Part shown: positions 18,905-28,978 of the stretch, piece after piece | How the letters are laid out: every line of letters begins with the position of its first letter | Numbering within the stretch: the first letter of the stretch is position 1 | Source: Campylobacterota bacterium | Lineage (GTDB): Bacteria; Campylobacterota; Campylobacteria; Campylobacterales; Arcobacteraceae | DNA: 64,000 nucleotides | Assembly (NCBI GenBank): GCA_051746405.1 | Contig: JBNJFB010000001.1 | Location: forward strand, 96,001-160,000 | Direction: 5' to 3' | Translations under genes and position numbers: made by a program | The notes under the pieces: model-generated | Told to the model about the DNA's origin: nothing | Seen by the model: the letters and a program-made list of their open reading frames with translations, nothing else | Databases searched by the model: none

Positions 18905-20419
18905 TTAAGGCCTTACTTGTGAGTTTAAAACATTTGAAATATAAGCAGTTGAATCAAATAGATTTGTTGCTATCTCATTTGTAAACGCTGTAATTGGATT
19001 TGCAAAGATTACTAAAATAGGTGCAAATGCAAAAAGATAAAAAATAGATGCAACTGTAGATTTAGATAGTTTATACTCTTGTAGTGGTTTAACATCTGGT
19101 GTTGTATCATAGAAAATTGCTGAACCACTTTTTGCAAGTGAAACAATAAGTAATAAACTACTTATTAAAACTATTGATAAAATAACAGCAGTTTGTTTAT
19201 GCTCTAAAGCAGCAGATAAAATCATAACCTTACCAAAAAAGCCAGATAGAGGAGGGAGTCCTGCTATAGCAACTGCAAATATAAAAAACATACTACCAAT
19301 TATTACAGGGTTATTAAAAATTGGCATTTGTTTATTTATCATACCAGTTGTTCTTGATTTTACAATAACATCTGCAACTAAGAAGAAACCACCTGCTATA
19401 AATGTGGAGTGAATCATATAGTAAATCGCACCACTTAGTGCAGCTTGTGTATTAATTCCTATAGCTATTAGAAGAATACTAACAGATGTTAATACTAAGT
19501 ACGCTACTTGATTTTTTATATCTTTTGAACTTAAAACACCAAAAGTACCTAGTATAAGTGTAATAAGTCCTAGACTTAAAACCCAATCTACATGGTAATA
19601 TGCAAGTTCATTAGCATTTTGTCCAAATATTGTTCCATGAACTCTTATGATTGCATATAAACCAACTTTTGTCATTATTGCAAATAGTGCTGCAACGGGT
19701 GCACTCGTTTTTCCATAAGCATTCGGTAGCCATAGATAAAGTGGGAACATAGCAGCTTTTAATCCAAATACTAATAGAAGTAATAATCCAGCTGCTGCAA
19801 CAACACTTACATTTTGTGGGTCTAATTGGGCTACTTTATTTGCCATATCCGCAATATTTAAAGTACCTAATATTCCATATAGTGCACCAACTGCAAATAA
19901 AAACAGAGTAGAACCAACAAGGTTTATAATTACATAGTGAAGCCCAGCTTTCGTTCTTCCTTCACCTTGAGCGTGTAGTAATAAACTATAACTAGCTAAT
20001 AGTAAAATCTCAAAGAAAACAAATAGGTTAAAAATATCTCCTGTTAAAAACGCACCATTTAAACCAAAAAGTTGAAGTTGAAATAGTGGATGAAAGTGGG
20101 CACCTTTTTTGTCTATATTTTCACTTATTGCATACCATAAAGCACCAAATGCAAGAAATGATGTAATAAGTACCATTAAAATAGATAGTTGGTCTAATAC
20201 TAAAACAATACCAAATGGTGCTTGCCAATTTCCTAATGTATATACAAAAATACCTTCATCTGAAGTTTTCATAAATGCAATAATGGAAATAAATATCAAA
20301 GCAACTACTGATAGTATTGATATGGTTTGCTGAGGTCTAAATCCAAACCTTTTTATAATAAGAAGTAAAAAGCCTGCTATTAAGGGAAGTATTACAGGTA
20401 AAATTGGTAAATTTGTCAT
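18905..20419 (-). CDS. mrpD: Na+/H+ antiporter subunit D
   Basis: GDIFNLFVFFEI, WLPNAY, TKVG. Confidence 0.93.
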   Translation of the reverse strand: MTNLPILPVILPLIAGFLLLIIKRFGFRPQQTISILSVVALIFISIIAFMKTSDEGIFVYTLGNWQAPFGIVLVLDQLSILMVLITSFLAFGALWYAISENIDKKGAHFHPLFQLQLFGLNGAFLTGDIFNLFVFFEILLLASYSLLLHAQGEGRTKAGLHYVIINLVGSTLFLFAVGALYGILGTLNIADMANKVAQLDPQNVSVVAAAGLLLLLVFGLKAAMFPLYLWLPNAYGKTSAPVAALFAIMTKVGLYAIIRVHGTIFGQNANELAYYHVDWVLSLGLITLILGTFGVLSSKDIKNQVAYLVLTSVSILLIAIGINTQAALSGAIYYMIHSTFIAGGFFLVADVIVKSRTTGMINKQMPIFNNPVIIGSMFFIFAVAIAGLPPLSGFFGKVMILSAALEHKQTAVILSIVLISSLLLIVSLAKSGSAIFYDTTPDVKPLQEYKLSKSTVASIFYLFAFAPILVIFANPITAFTNEIATNLFDSTAYISNVLNSQVRP

Positions 20420-20767
20420 CTATTTCTTACCTCCATTTTCATCTGTAACTTTTCCATCCACATGGTCACTATTAAGCTCCCCAAATGCTTTAAGTGATAA
20501 AATAATCACAAAAGCAGTCATCCCAAAACTAATTACAATAGCTGTTAAAACTAAAGCTTGTGGTAATGGGTCTGAATAGGAGGTAACTCCATCTTGAATA
20601 ACTGCTGCCATGTTTATATTTAATCTTCCCATGGCAAACAAAAATAGATTTACAGCGTAGGCTAGAAGAGTTAATCCTAAAACAACAGGATAAGTCCTAG
20701 CTCTTAGGGTTAAAAAAACTCCAACACCTGTTAAAACTGCAATAATTAAAGATAATAATATTTCCAT
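20420..20767 (-). CDS. mrpC: Na+/H+ antiporter subunit C
   Basis: DPLPQALVLTAIVI motif. Confidence 0.93.
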   Translation of the reverse strand: MEILLSLIIAVLTGVGVFLTLRARTYPVVLGLTLLAYAVNLFLFAMGRLNINMAAVIQDGVTSYSDPLPQALVLTAIVISFGMTAFVIILSLKAFGELNSDHVDGKVTDENGGKK

Positions 20768-23592
20768 TACTCTTTACCTTTTTCATTTATATTATCTTCA
20801 CTTTGTAAATGTGAATCTTTGCTTAATTTACCTAGTTGAACAAGAATTAGTACTGTTGAACCTACAACAACTAAGAATACACCCAAGTCAAATGCAATAG
20901 CACTAGCTACTTCAAACTCACCAACTAATGGCCAGTTTACATGTGTAAATGCAGATGTTAAGAATGGATATCCAATAAACATTGATACTAATCCTGTTGC
21001 AGTAGCTATTAGTAAACCATAAGAGATTAAAGTCTCTTTTTCAAATCTAAGTCTTGCTTTTGTCCACTCAATACCATTTGCAAGATACTGTACTATTAAT
21101 GCAACAGCTGCAATTAAACCAGCGATAAACCCACCACCAGGTAGGTTATGTCCTCTTAGAAAAATATAAACAGAAACCATTAGCATTAATGGAAGAATAA
21201 GTCTAGTAACAGTTTGCATCATAGGTGGATGTGTATCCTCTGACCACTTAAATCCTCTCTCATTATATTTTGGTGCATTTAGCTTAAGCCCTTGAAGCAT
21301 TGCAAATATTCCAAGACCTGCTATTGCTAAAACAGTGATTTCACCTAAAGTATCAAAACCTCTAAAGTCAACTAAAATCACGTTTACTACGTTGGTACCA
21401 CCACCGCCACTAACTGCATTTTCTAGGAAATACTTACCAATAGTTGTGTACTCTCTACTTAAAACTGCTAAAGCAAGAATAAATACACCAATACCTGATA
21501 AAATAGAGATTATCAAGTCTCTATTTATTCTAAGGTTTGTAGATTCCCTTGGCGTTTCTTGTGGTAAATAGTAAAGTGCAAGTAGTATAAGTACAATTGT
21601 TACTACTTCAACACTTAGTTGAGTTAAAGCTAAATCAGGTGCAGAAAATTTTACAAAAATTAGTGAAACTATTAGACCTACAACTCCTATTGTGATTAAA
21701 GCAAGTATTCTTTTGTGATGGAATATAGCAGTTACAAATGTAGCAATGATTAAAAGTGCAGTTGCAATTATACTTACCCAATCAATACTTAAAAACTCTC
21801 TTTTACCAAAAAGGTCTGAGTTTCCATAAGTAAATCCAGCTAATCCTATAAAAAGTGAAGCTGTTATAAACCAAGCTATCATATTTTGTAAAGAACTCTT
21901 ATCAAAAGCAGATGTAACACTATTTGCAATTTTATATATTGTCTCCATAATATGGTTAAAAGGTATTCTTGCATCTATTGATGCTAAGTTTTTCTCATAC
22001 CATTTAAATGTTTTTTCTCTTTTTGTGTAGAGTGTAATACCACCTATAAATGCAATTATACTCATAATCAATGGAGCATTAAATCCATGCCATATTGCTA
22101 AAGAATATTCAGGCAAAGGAGTTTGTAGTGATCCCATAACTGCTGTTGCTAAAAGTGGAGCAACTGTAAACATAGGTAAAGTACCCACAGCAAAACAGAT
22201 AATTACTAATAAATCAACAGGTATTTTCATAAATCTTGGTGGTTCATGGGGTGTTTTATCTAGTTTTTTAGCTTTTCCATTGAAAAATACATCATGAATA
22301 AATCTTAAAGAGTATGCAACAGAGAATACTCCTGCAATAGTAGCTAATATAGGAATAACAAAAGTAAATAATTCAGCATCTTGTAAGGCTCTTTCAAAAA
22401 ACATCTCTTTTGATAAGAAGCCATTTAATAAAGGAACACCTGCCATAGCAGATGCTGCAATCATCGCAAGGGTTGCAGTATGGGGCATAAATGACCATAA
22501 TCCTCCTAATCTTCTCATATCTCTAGTACCTGTTTCATGGTCAATAATACCTGCAACCATAAAAAGTGATGCTTTAAATGTAGCGTGATTTATAATATGA
22601 AAAATTGCTGCAACTGCTGCAAGAGGTGTTGAAAATCCAAATAAAAGAGTAATTAAACCTAAGTGACTTATAGTTGAATAAGCTAAAAGACCTTTTAGGT
22701 CATGCTTAAACATTGCAACAAAAGAACCAAGTAGAAGTGTTGCCATACCTGCAAAACTTACAAGAACTGTCCACTCTAAAGTACCACTTAATGATGGATA
22801 TAATCTAGCTAATAAAAATATACCAGCTTTTACCATAGTAGCTGAGTGTAAGTATGCTGAAACAGGCGTTGGTGCAGCCATCGCATGGGGTAACCAAAAG
22901 TGAAATGGAAACTGTGCAGATTTTGTAAATACACCAAGTAAAATAAGTATTATAATAGGTGTGTAAAGTGTATGATTTTTTATAAGTTCACCACTAGCTA
23001 AAATATCTGTAAGATTATAGCTACCTACAATATTTCCAAGTAGTAATACCCCAGCTAGCATAGCTAAACCACCTGCACCTGTAATAGTTAGAGCCATTTT
23101 AGCCCCATCTCTACCCTCGGCTTTATGTTGCCAATAACTAATCAATAAAAAAGAACTAAGGGATGTTAACTCCCAAAATACAACTAATTGTATTATATTT
23201 TCTGATAGTACAATTCCTAGCATTGAACCCATAAAAAGCATTAAATATGAGTAAAATCTTCCCATACAATCTTTTTCATCTATATAATATCTAGCATAAA
23301 TTATTACAAGAAGTCCAATAGCTAAGATTAAGCACGCAAATAAAAGTCCAAGTCCGTCTAATCTAAAAGCAAACTCTAAACCTATTGATTCTATCCATGT
23401 CCATGATTGAATAGTTGTAACACCCTCAAAAGGGAGCTTTATATATATCATTAGTACTGAAAATGCTATTATCGTTACTATTCCAGAACCCCATGCAGAT
23501 GCAAGTCTGTTATATGTTGCTAAATAAGCTATTAAAGGTGCTGCAATAAATGGCAAAAGCACTATAATTGGTAAACCAACTGTTTCAAGCAT
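20767..23592 (-). CDS. mrpA: Na+/H+ antiporter fused subunit A/B (group 2 Mrp/Pha)
   Basis: 941 aa; KSAQFPFHFWLPHAMAAPTPVSAYLHSATMV, DFRGFDTLGE, GHNLPGGGF (B domain). Confidence 0.94.
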   Translation of the reverse strand: MLETVGLPIIVLLPFIAAPLIAYLATYNRLASAWGSGIVTIIAFSVLMIYIKLPFEGVTTIQSWTWIESIGLEFAFRLDGLGLLFACLILAIGLLVIIYARYYIDEKDCMGRFYSYLMLFMGSMLGIVLSENIIQLVVFWELTSLSSFLLISYWQHKAEGRDGAKMALTITGAGGLAMLAGVLLLGNIVGSYNLTDILASGELIKNHTLYTPIIILILLGVFTKSAQFPFHFWLPHAMAAPTPVSAYLHSATMVKAGIFLLARLYPSLSGTLEWTVLVSFAGMATLLLGSFVAMFKHDLKGLLAYSTISHLGLITLLFGFSTPLAAVAAIFHIINHATFKASLFMVAGIIDHETGTRDMRRLGGLWSFMPHTATLAMIAASAMAGVPLLNGFLSKEMFFERALQDAELFTFVIPILATIAGVFSVAYSLRFIHDVFFNGKAKKLDKTPHEPPRFMKIPVDLLVIICFAVGTLPMFTVAPLLATAVMGSLQTPLPEYSLAIWHGFNAPLIMSIIAFIGGITLYTKREKTFKWYEKNLASIDARIPFNHIMETIYKIANSVTSAFDKSSLQNMIAWFITASLFIGLAGFTYGNSDLFGKREFLSIDWVSIIATALLIIATFVTAIFHHKRILALITIGVVGLIVSLIFVKFSAPDLALTQLSVEVVTIVLILLALYYLPQETPRESTNLRINRDLIISILSGIGVFILALAVLSREYTTIGKYFLENAVSGGGGTNVVNVILVDFRGFDTLGEITVLAIAGLGIFAMLQGLKLNAPKYNERGFKWSEDTHPPMMQTVTRLILPLMLMVSVYIFLRGHNLPGGGFIAGLIAAVALIVQYLANGIEWTKARLRFEKETLISYGLLIATATGLVSMFIGYPFLTSAFTHVNWPLVGEFEVASAIAFDLGVFLVVVGSTVLILVQLGKLSKDSHLQSEDNINEKGKE

Positions 23593-23667
23593 ATATTTTC
23601 CCTACCTAATTTTTTAATTAATTTAAGATTTTATCTTATTTTCAATTAAAATAAAATTCCAATTGCT

Positions 23668-24039
23668 TTATTTAATTCTTAAGCAAGTTGGACACAAACC
23701 TTTTATTATTATATTATCTACCTGATGATTTTTCAAATCAAACTCCAAATTTTCATGAATACACTCAATTTTAGAGCAGTTATTACAAATAAAATGAGAA
23801 TGCCTATTTTTTACTATTTCAAAATACCTTTTCTTGTCATTTGATTCAAAGGAGTTTATAATACTCTCTTCTTCAAATCTGGTGATATTTCTATAGAAAG
23901 TTGCCTTATCCATTGAAATTTGTCCCTTAATATCTTCATAGCACAAGGGCTTATTTGATTTGATTAAAATCTCTAAGATAGCTTTTCTTGCTGTTGTTAG
24001 TTTTATATTTTTTTCTTGTGTTAAATTTTCTATATTCAT
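23668..24039 (-). CDS. Fur family regulator, probably Zur-like
   Basis: ATFYR, HSHFICNNC and GLCPTC motifs; divergent from the ZnuA-like gene. Confidence 0.85.
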   Translation of the reverse strand: MNIENLTQEKNIKLTTARKAILEILIKSNKPLCYEDIKGQISMDKATFYRNITRFEEESIINSFESNDKKRYFEIVKNRHSHFICNNCSKIECIHENLEFDLKNHQVDNIIIKGLCPTCLRIK

Positions 24040-24091
24040 AAAATGATTATACCCATTTTTAATTAAACTATTTTTATTTATTTTAAAGTTT

Positions 24092-24152
24092 TACAACTAA
24101 GTTGCATTAAAGATAATTTTTACTAAAATTCAAATTATGCAACTTGATTGCA
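24092..24152. promoter_or_regulatory. Two TGCAACnnnRTTGCA-like palindromes, putative Fur-family operator
   Basis: TACAACTAAGTTGCA at 24092-24106 and TGCAACTTGATTGCA at 24138-24152, between the divergent regulator and znuA-like genes. Confidence 0.55.
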
Positions 24153-24183
24153 AAAGTAATGATTATAAACAAGGGATTTATAG

Positions 24184-25074
24184 ATGAGAAAAGTATTATT
24201 AGGATTGGTAGTATTATCAAGTTATATCTTTGCAAAAAGCGTAACTGTAAGTATTTTACCACAGGAATATTTTGTAAAACAAATAGCAAAAGAAAAAGTA
24301 GAAGTAAATTTGATGGTAAAGCCAGGTGAATCTCCTGCAACATACGAACCAAAAACATCTCAAATGAGAATATTAGCAAAGTCAGATGCTTATTTTTCAA
24401 TAGGGGTACCTTTTGAAAGTGTTTGGTTAAATAAGTTTAAAAATGCAAATAGAAATATGCTTATAGTAGATACTGCAAAGGGTATTAAAAAACTAAAGAT
24501 GAAAAAACATGAACATCATGAAGAAAATGTGAAAAAACATGATGAAAAAGCACATAAAGAGCATCATGATGAGCATGAAGAACACAAAGGCTTAGATCCA
24601 CACGTATGGCTAGACCCAATGTTAGTGAAAGTTCAAGCAAAAAATATATATGAGGGATTAGTTGAAATAGACTCTTCAAATAAAGAGTTCTATCTAAACA
24701 ATTATAAAGATTTTGTTGCTAAAATAGAAAAGTTAAATGAGAAGTTAGAAGAAATTTTACATCCTTTTGAACATAAAGCATTTATGGTATTTCACCCATC
24801 TTGGGGATATTTTGCAAAAAGATATCACTTAGAGCAAATTGCTATAGAAGTTCAAGGAAAAGAGCCAAAACCAGCACAGTTAATTAAGTTAGTAGAAGAG
24901 GCAAAACTTCATAACATTAAAATTGTGTTTGTGTCACCTCAGTTTTCAAAAAACAAAGCAGAAGTTATCTCTAAAAGTATAAATGGAAATACAGCTGTTA
25001 TAAATCCATTGTCTAAAAACTGGGATGAGAATCTATTAAAAGTAGCAAGAGAGATTGCAAAAAGTTATAAATGA
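24184..25074 (+). CDS. znuA: Zn/Mn ABC substrate-binding protein (ZnuA-like)
   Basis: Signal peptide, His-rich loop, DPHVWLDP, FHPSWGYFA. Confidence 0.85.
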   Translation: MRKVLLGLVVLSSYIFAKSVTVSILPQEYFVKQIAKEKVEVNLMVKPGESPATYEPKTSQMRILAKSDAYFSIGVPFESVWLNKFKNANRNMLIVDTAKGIKKLKMKKHEHHEENVKKHDEKAHKEHHDEHEEHKGLDPHVWLDPMLVKVQAKNIYEGLVEIDSSNKEFYLNNYKDFVAKIEKLNEKLEEILHPFEHKAFMVFHPSWGYFAKRYHLEQIAIEVQGKEPKPAQLIKLVEEAKLHNIKIVFVSPQFSKNKAEVISKSINGNTAVINPLSKNWDENLLKVAREIAKSYK

Positions 25075-26549
25075 TAAAATTCTTTATATTACTACTATTA
25101 GTAAAAAGCACCCTTTTTGGGTGCAGTCTATGTTCTATATACTCACCTAAAACTCATGTATCTTCTAAGATAGAAGCAAATAAAACTCACATAAAAAGTG
25201 CAAAAATAAACTGGACATTTGCAAAAGAGTTCACAAAAGAGCTTTTGACAGTTTATGATACAAATCTAAATGGAACCTTTGATAAAAAAGAGTTAGAAGT
25301 AATTGAGGATGCACTTTTAGCTTATATAGTTCCAAAAAATTACTTAACTTTTATTAGTTATGGAAAGCAAATAAGTGAATTATCAAATAAGATTATTATT
25401 AAACACAGTAAGTTTAGCTTTGAAAATGGAGTTTTAAAACTTGATTATACACTTGATTTAAACTATAAGATAAAAGATGGTCACAGATTATATTTGGAGA
25501 TTTATGATAGTGCTGGATATTTTTTGATAGTATTTAACGAAAAAAGTCAGTTGTTTAGCATACCATATCAAATAAATAAAGAAGTAGCATATAATGGGGT
25601 TACATATGTAATAAAAGCACCAAGTTTAAATAAAACAGGTGAAAAAGTTGACTATTTAACTCCTTCTATGAAAGAAGAAAAACAAAGTGAAGATAAAAAC
25701 TTAATAGAAAAATCCCTTGAAGAACAGAAAAAAGAGAAAGAGCCAACTTTACTTGAAGATTTTGTAAAAAAAATTAAACAAAATCTAATAAAAATAGAAG
25801 AGGGTAATGATAAGTTTGCATTGATTTTCTTACTTTTTGCATCATTTATTTATGGAGTTGTTCATGCAATGGGGCCAGGACATGGTAAGGCATTAGCCTT
25901 CTCATACTTTAGTGCCCAAAAAAGCTCATATATTCAAGCATTTTTCATTTCCCTTGCTACTGCTTTTATTCATATAGTTGGAGCATTGATTTTAGTAGTT
26001 GTGTCTATTTTTATTTTACAAAGTGTGTTAAATAGTTTTTTAGATGATTCCATTACTTATATAACACAAGTTAGTGCAGTACTTATAATGCTTTTATCTA
26101 TTTTTATACTATATAGAAAACTAAAAAAGAAATCGTGTGCTTGTAGTGCTTGTAACTCAAATATAACACAACCACTATTTTCTACTAAAGCTAAAGAGGA
26201 TTTTAATTTTGTAAAAAATTCAAAAAATAGTAAAATACACTTTGATAAAAGAAGTAGAAAAAAACAAGATTTAATTTTTGTATTAATAGCAGGTATTATT
26301 CCTTGTCCAGGTACTGTAGTGCTTTTTGTATATGCTTTTATTTTAAAAACATATTTTTCTGTTATTTTAGCAAGTATTGCTATTAGTTTAGGGATGGGAC
26401 TTGTGATTTTTGCATCTTCATTTTTAGGGGTTTCATTAAATAAAGTATCTTCAAAGTCAACAAGACTTGTAAACATTGTAGAAATATTAGCCCCAATATT
26501 TATGTTTATTCTTGGGTTACTACTTCTACTAAATGCAGATTTACTATAA
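25071..26549 (+). CDS. Fusion of a DUF1007-like periplasmic domain and a NiCoT/RcnA-type permease
   Basis: N-terminal CSLC and DTNLNGTFDKKE loop; C-terminal HAMGPGHGK and PCPG motifs with TM helices. Confidence 0.78.
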   Translation: MIKFFILLLLVKSTLFGCSLCSIYSPKTHVSSKIEANKTHIKSAKINWTFAKEFTKELLTVYDTNLNGTFDKKELEVIEDALLAYIVPKNYLTFISYGKQISELSNKIIIKHSKFSFENGVLKLDYTLDLNYKIKDGHRLYLEIYDSAGYFLIVFNEKSQLFSIPYQINKEVAYNGVTYVIKAPSLNKTGEKVDYLTPSMKEEKQSEDKNLIEKSLEEQKKEKEPTLLEDFVKKIKQNLIKIEEGNDKFALIFLLFASFIYGVVHAMGPGHGKALAFSYFSAQKSSYIQAFFISLATAFIHIVGALILVVVSIFILQSVLNSFLDDSITYITQVSAVLIMLLSIFILYRKLKKKSCACSACNSNITQPLFSTKAKEDFNFVKNSKNSKIHFDKRSRKKQDLIFVLIAGIIPCPGTVVLFVYAFILKTYFSVILASIAISLGMGLVIFASSFLGVSLNKVSSKSTRLVNIVEILAPIFMFILGLLLLLNADLL

Positions 26550-26557
26550 GGTTTATA

Positions 26558-27007
26558 ATGATAGATTTTATTTCAGTCTTAAGACAAAACCTTCCTAAGT
26601 TTTCAAAAGTATTGGAAATAGGAAGCAAAAAAGGTGAAGATTTACAGCTACTTCACGAGTATTTTGAAGTAGTTGCAAGTGAAGATGATAAGAGTAAAAC
26701 TAGATATTTAAAAGATGAATACATAGATATTAGAGTTATTTTGCTTGATTATTTTACGCTTGATACTCACAAAAAATTTGATGTAGTATTCTCAAAAAAT
26801 ATTTATGATGAAGTCTCCTTAAGTGATTTAAATATAGTTTTAAAAAATCAATCTAAGATATTAAATACAAAAGGCTATATTTTTCATATTTTTGATTCAA
26901 AAAAAGTAGATGAAAATGAAGTTTTAACTTTAGTAAATGAAAACTTTGAAATAGTAGAATCAAATAGTGATAAAGGTGAGTTTTATTTCATAGCAAAGCT
27001 TGTTTGA
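26558..27007 (+). CDS. Class I SAM-dependent methyltransferase-like protein (short, degenerate motif I)
   Basis: KVLEIGS, KFDVVFS, ILNTKG. Confidence 0.55.
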   Translation: MIDFISVLRQNLPKFSKVLEIGSKKGEDLQLLHEYFEVVASEDDKSKTRYLKDEYIDIRVILLDYFTLDTHKKFDVVFSKNIYDEVSLSDLNIVLKNQSKILNTKGYIFHIFDSKKVDENEVLTLVNENFEIVESNSDKGEFYFIAKLV

Positions 27008-27071
27008 TTAGAAGAAAAGTACTGAGAAATTAAATCCTTTTGAATAATATCTTGAAGTCAGGCGGTTTGAG

Positions 27072-27097
27072 AACTAAAGGGGGGGTAACCTTTAGTT
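27072..27097. terminator. Hairpin between convergent genes
   Basis: AACTAAAGG...CCTTTAGTT 9-bp inverted repeat. Confidence 0.6.
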
Positions 27098-27295
27098 TTA
27101 GTCTTTATCACAATTTGTGCCACAAGTATTGATTTTAAGTGCACTATAAATAGGACATGTTCTAACAATACCTGTTATAAGTGGTATTAAACCAATTGCT
27201 CCAATCCAACTATTCATCATTAACCCTGAGATAATTAGGGCTAGACCTACTACAATTCTAATTATTCTATCTATATTTCCAATATTTTTATTCAT
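27098..27295 (-). CDS. DUF2892/YgaP-like small membrane protein
   Basis: MNKNIGNIDRIIR...CPIY...INTC; AAGGA RBS before ATG at 27295. Confidence 0.85.
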   Translation of the reverse strand: MNKNIGNIDRIIRIVVGLALIISGLMMNSWIGAIGLIPLITGIVRTCPIYSALKINTCGTNCDKD

Positions 27296-27302
27296 GACTT
27301 TT

Positions 27303-27457
27303 CCTTTTAAAATTCTTAAAATCACAATTTTGAAATTGCTAGTTTATTTGCTATTTCTTCATGGGTTAATTTAATGGTATCGTTATTTTCTTTTTTTAGC
27401 AAGTCTATTATTCTTGAATTTAATATTTTGTAATTTCAATATATTTTGAGTTATCAA
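27303..27457 (-). pseudogene. Frameshifted remnant of a Crp/Fnr family regulator HTH domain
   Basis: Fragments in shifting frames: QNIKFK / SRIIDLLKKENNDTIKLTHEEIANKLAISK / VILRILK. Confidence 0.6.
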
Positions 27458-27474
27458 GGATATATCTCTTTTAT

Positions 27475-28968
27475 TTATTTTATTTTATCAAACTCTTTTA
27501 TAATTTCTTCAATTGGTTCAATCCCAACAGAAATTCTAAGTAAATTTATAGGAAGTCCAATCTCTTTTAAAAACTCAATTCCCTGCTTTGATTGGATTAA
27601 ATCCCAATGTGCTAAATATGTATAAGGCATAAGAAGTGTAAACTCAGTACCCAAACTAGGTCCTTTGGCAAAGTTTAGTTTGTCATATATTTCTTTAAAC
27701 TCTCTATTGAAAGTAACAGAGATAATACCTGTAAGGCTATTGTCATCTCTCATTGTTTGAGAGTAGTTATCTTTATTTTCTTCATTTAAACAGTAAAAAA
27801 CCTTATCTATGTAAGAGCATTTTTCAAAGTAAGAAGCTAAGGCTTTTGTGTTAGCACTTATTTTTTTTACTCTGCTTTTATAATCTTTTATTTCATACGC
27901 TAATCTTTGTTTATCTTTTATGTAAACTGGGTCACAATGTTTGAAAAACTCTGTTGTCATATGTGATAGAGTATTTCTTTTATTTAAAATAATCGCACCC
28001 ATTAAAACATCAGCATTTCCACAAGCAAACTTAGTAAGTGACTCTACAAAAATATCTGCATAATCTTCTAAGTTTAGGTTATAAGGGGTTGCAAAAGTTG
28101 TATCTATAACTAAAGGAATATTATACTTATCGCATAGCTTTCTTAATCTTTTAATATTAACTGTTTTTAAAAGTGGGTTTGTGGGTATTTCTGTGATTAT
28201 AGCACTAACTTTTAATCCATCTGTTTTTAAATACTCTTCAAGTAAATCAAGATTTAAAATATCAGCAAACACTTTTGATTCTTGATAGTGATGATTTACT
28301 ATATTCATAGTATCTAAATAAAGCCAACCAAACTGAACTAAAACAGTTCGTCCATTGTGAGCTTGAATAGAGTTGATACCTCTTACAACTGAATAAATAG
28401 CATTCATTCCAGATGGTGCTAAACAGATTTTATCTTTTGGTTGTTTATATGCATTTGCTAGGGTATCTATGATAATATCATGGGCTTTTGACTCTTCTTC
28501 AAGTTCTTCTTTTTGAATAGTATTAATAAGTCCTAAATCAAAAAGATATTTTTCAGCAAGTCTTGAAGAGAGGTTACATCCCACGTGTTGAATATAGCTT
28601 AAAACCCTTTGTAGTTGGCAAGTATTTTTTTGAACTAAGATAACTCCAAAGGCTTCATTTACATCAAGTTTGTTATTGATATAGTATTTATCACTTACTA
28701 ATTTTACAGCTTTTGGTGAGCTTAACACTACTACTTCATACTCATCACTTACTCTATATTTATCTTTGATATAAAGTCCAAGCTGTTTTAAATAAGGATG
28801 AAGTACAAACCTTGGATAACCACTTTTAATAATTTCACATATTTCAGGTGTTTGCATCTCATAATCAATCACATCCTGTAAATAGGGCATCGATACAGAT
28901 ACCCCATGTACATTTTTTACAGGAAGTGTTTCCCCTGTGGGAATGTGATTGAAATACTTTTTGCTCAT
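27475..28968 (-). CDS. Cys/Met metabolism PLP enzyme, long cystathionine gamma-synthase type
   Basis: SGYPRF, PSGM, EIPTNP, DTTFATP, ESLTK (PLP Lys), KGPSLG, LRISVGIE. Confidence 0.85.
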   Translation of the reverse strand: MSKKYFNHIPTGETLPVKNVHGVSVSMPYLQDVIDYEMQTPEICEIIKSGYPRFVLHPYLKQLGLYIKDKYRVSDEYEVVVLSSPKAVKLVSDKYYINNKLDVNEAFGVILVQKNTCQLQRVLSYIQHVGCNLSSRLAEKYLFDLGLINTIQKEELEEESKAHDIIIDTLANAYKQPKDKICLAPSGMNAIYSVVRGINSIQAHNGRTVLVQFGWLYLDTMNIVNHHYQESKVFADILNLDLLEEYLKTDGLKVSAIITEIPTNPLLKTVNIKRLRKLCDKYNIPLVIDTTFATPYNLNLEDYADIFVESLTKFACGNADVLMGAIILNKRNTLSHMTTEFFKHCDPVYIKDKQRLAYEIKDYKSRVKKISANTKALASYFEKCSYIDKVFYCLNEENKDNYSQTMRDDNSLTGIISVTFNREFKEIYDKLNFAKGPSLGTEFTLLMPYTYLAHWDLIQSKQGIEFLKEIGLPINLLRISVGIEPIEEIIKEFDKIK

Positions 28969-28978
28969 TATTATCTTT

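Noticed and set aside
17826..23592. Fused MrpA/B as a novelty
   Set aside because: Standard group 2 Mrp/Pha architecture
24107..24400. Overlapping short ORFs (24107-24400 minus, 24144-24329 plus) and other antisense ORFs in the track
   Set aside because: Shadow frames of well-supported genes, with no RBS or recognisable motifs
27079..27085. G7 homopolymer as a phase-variation tract
   Set aside because: Intergenic, at the stem/loop of a terminator-like hairpin between convergent genes; affects no ORF or promoter
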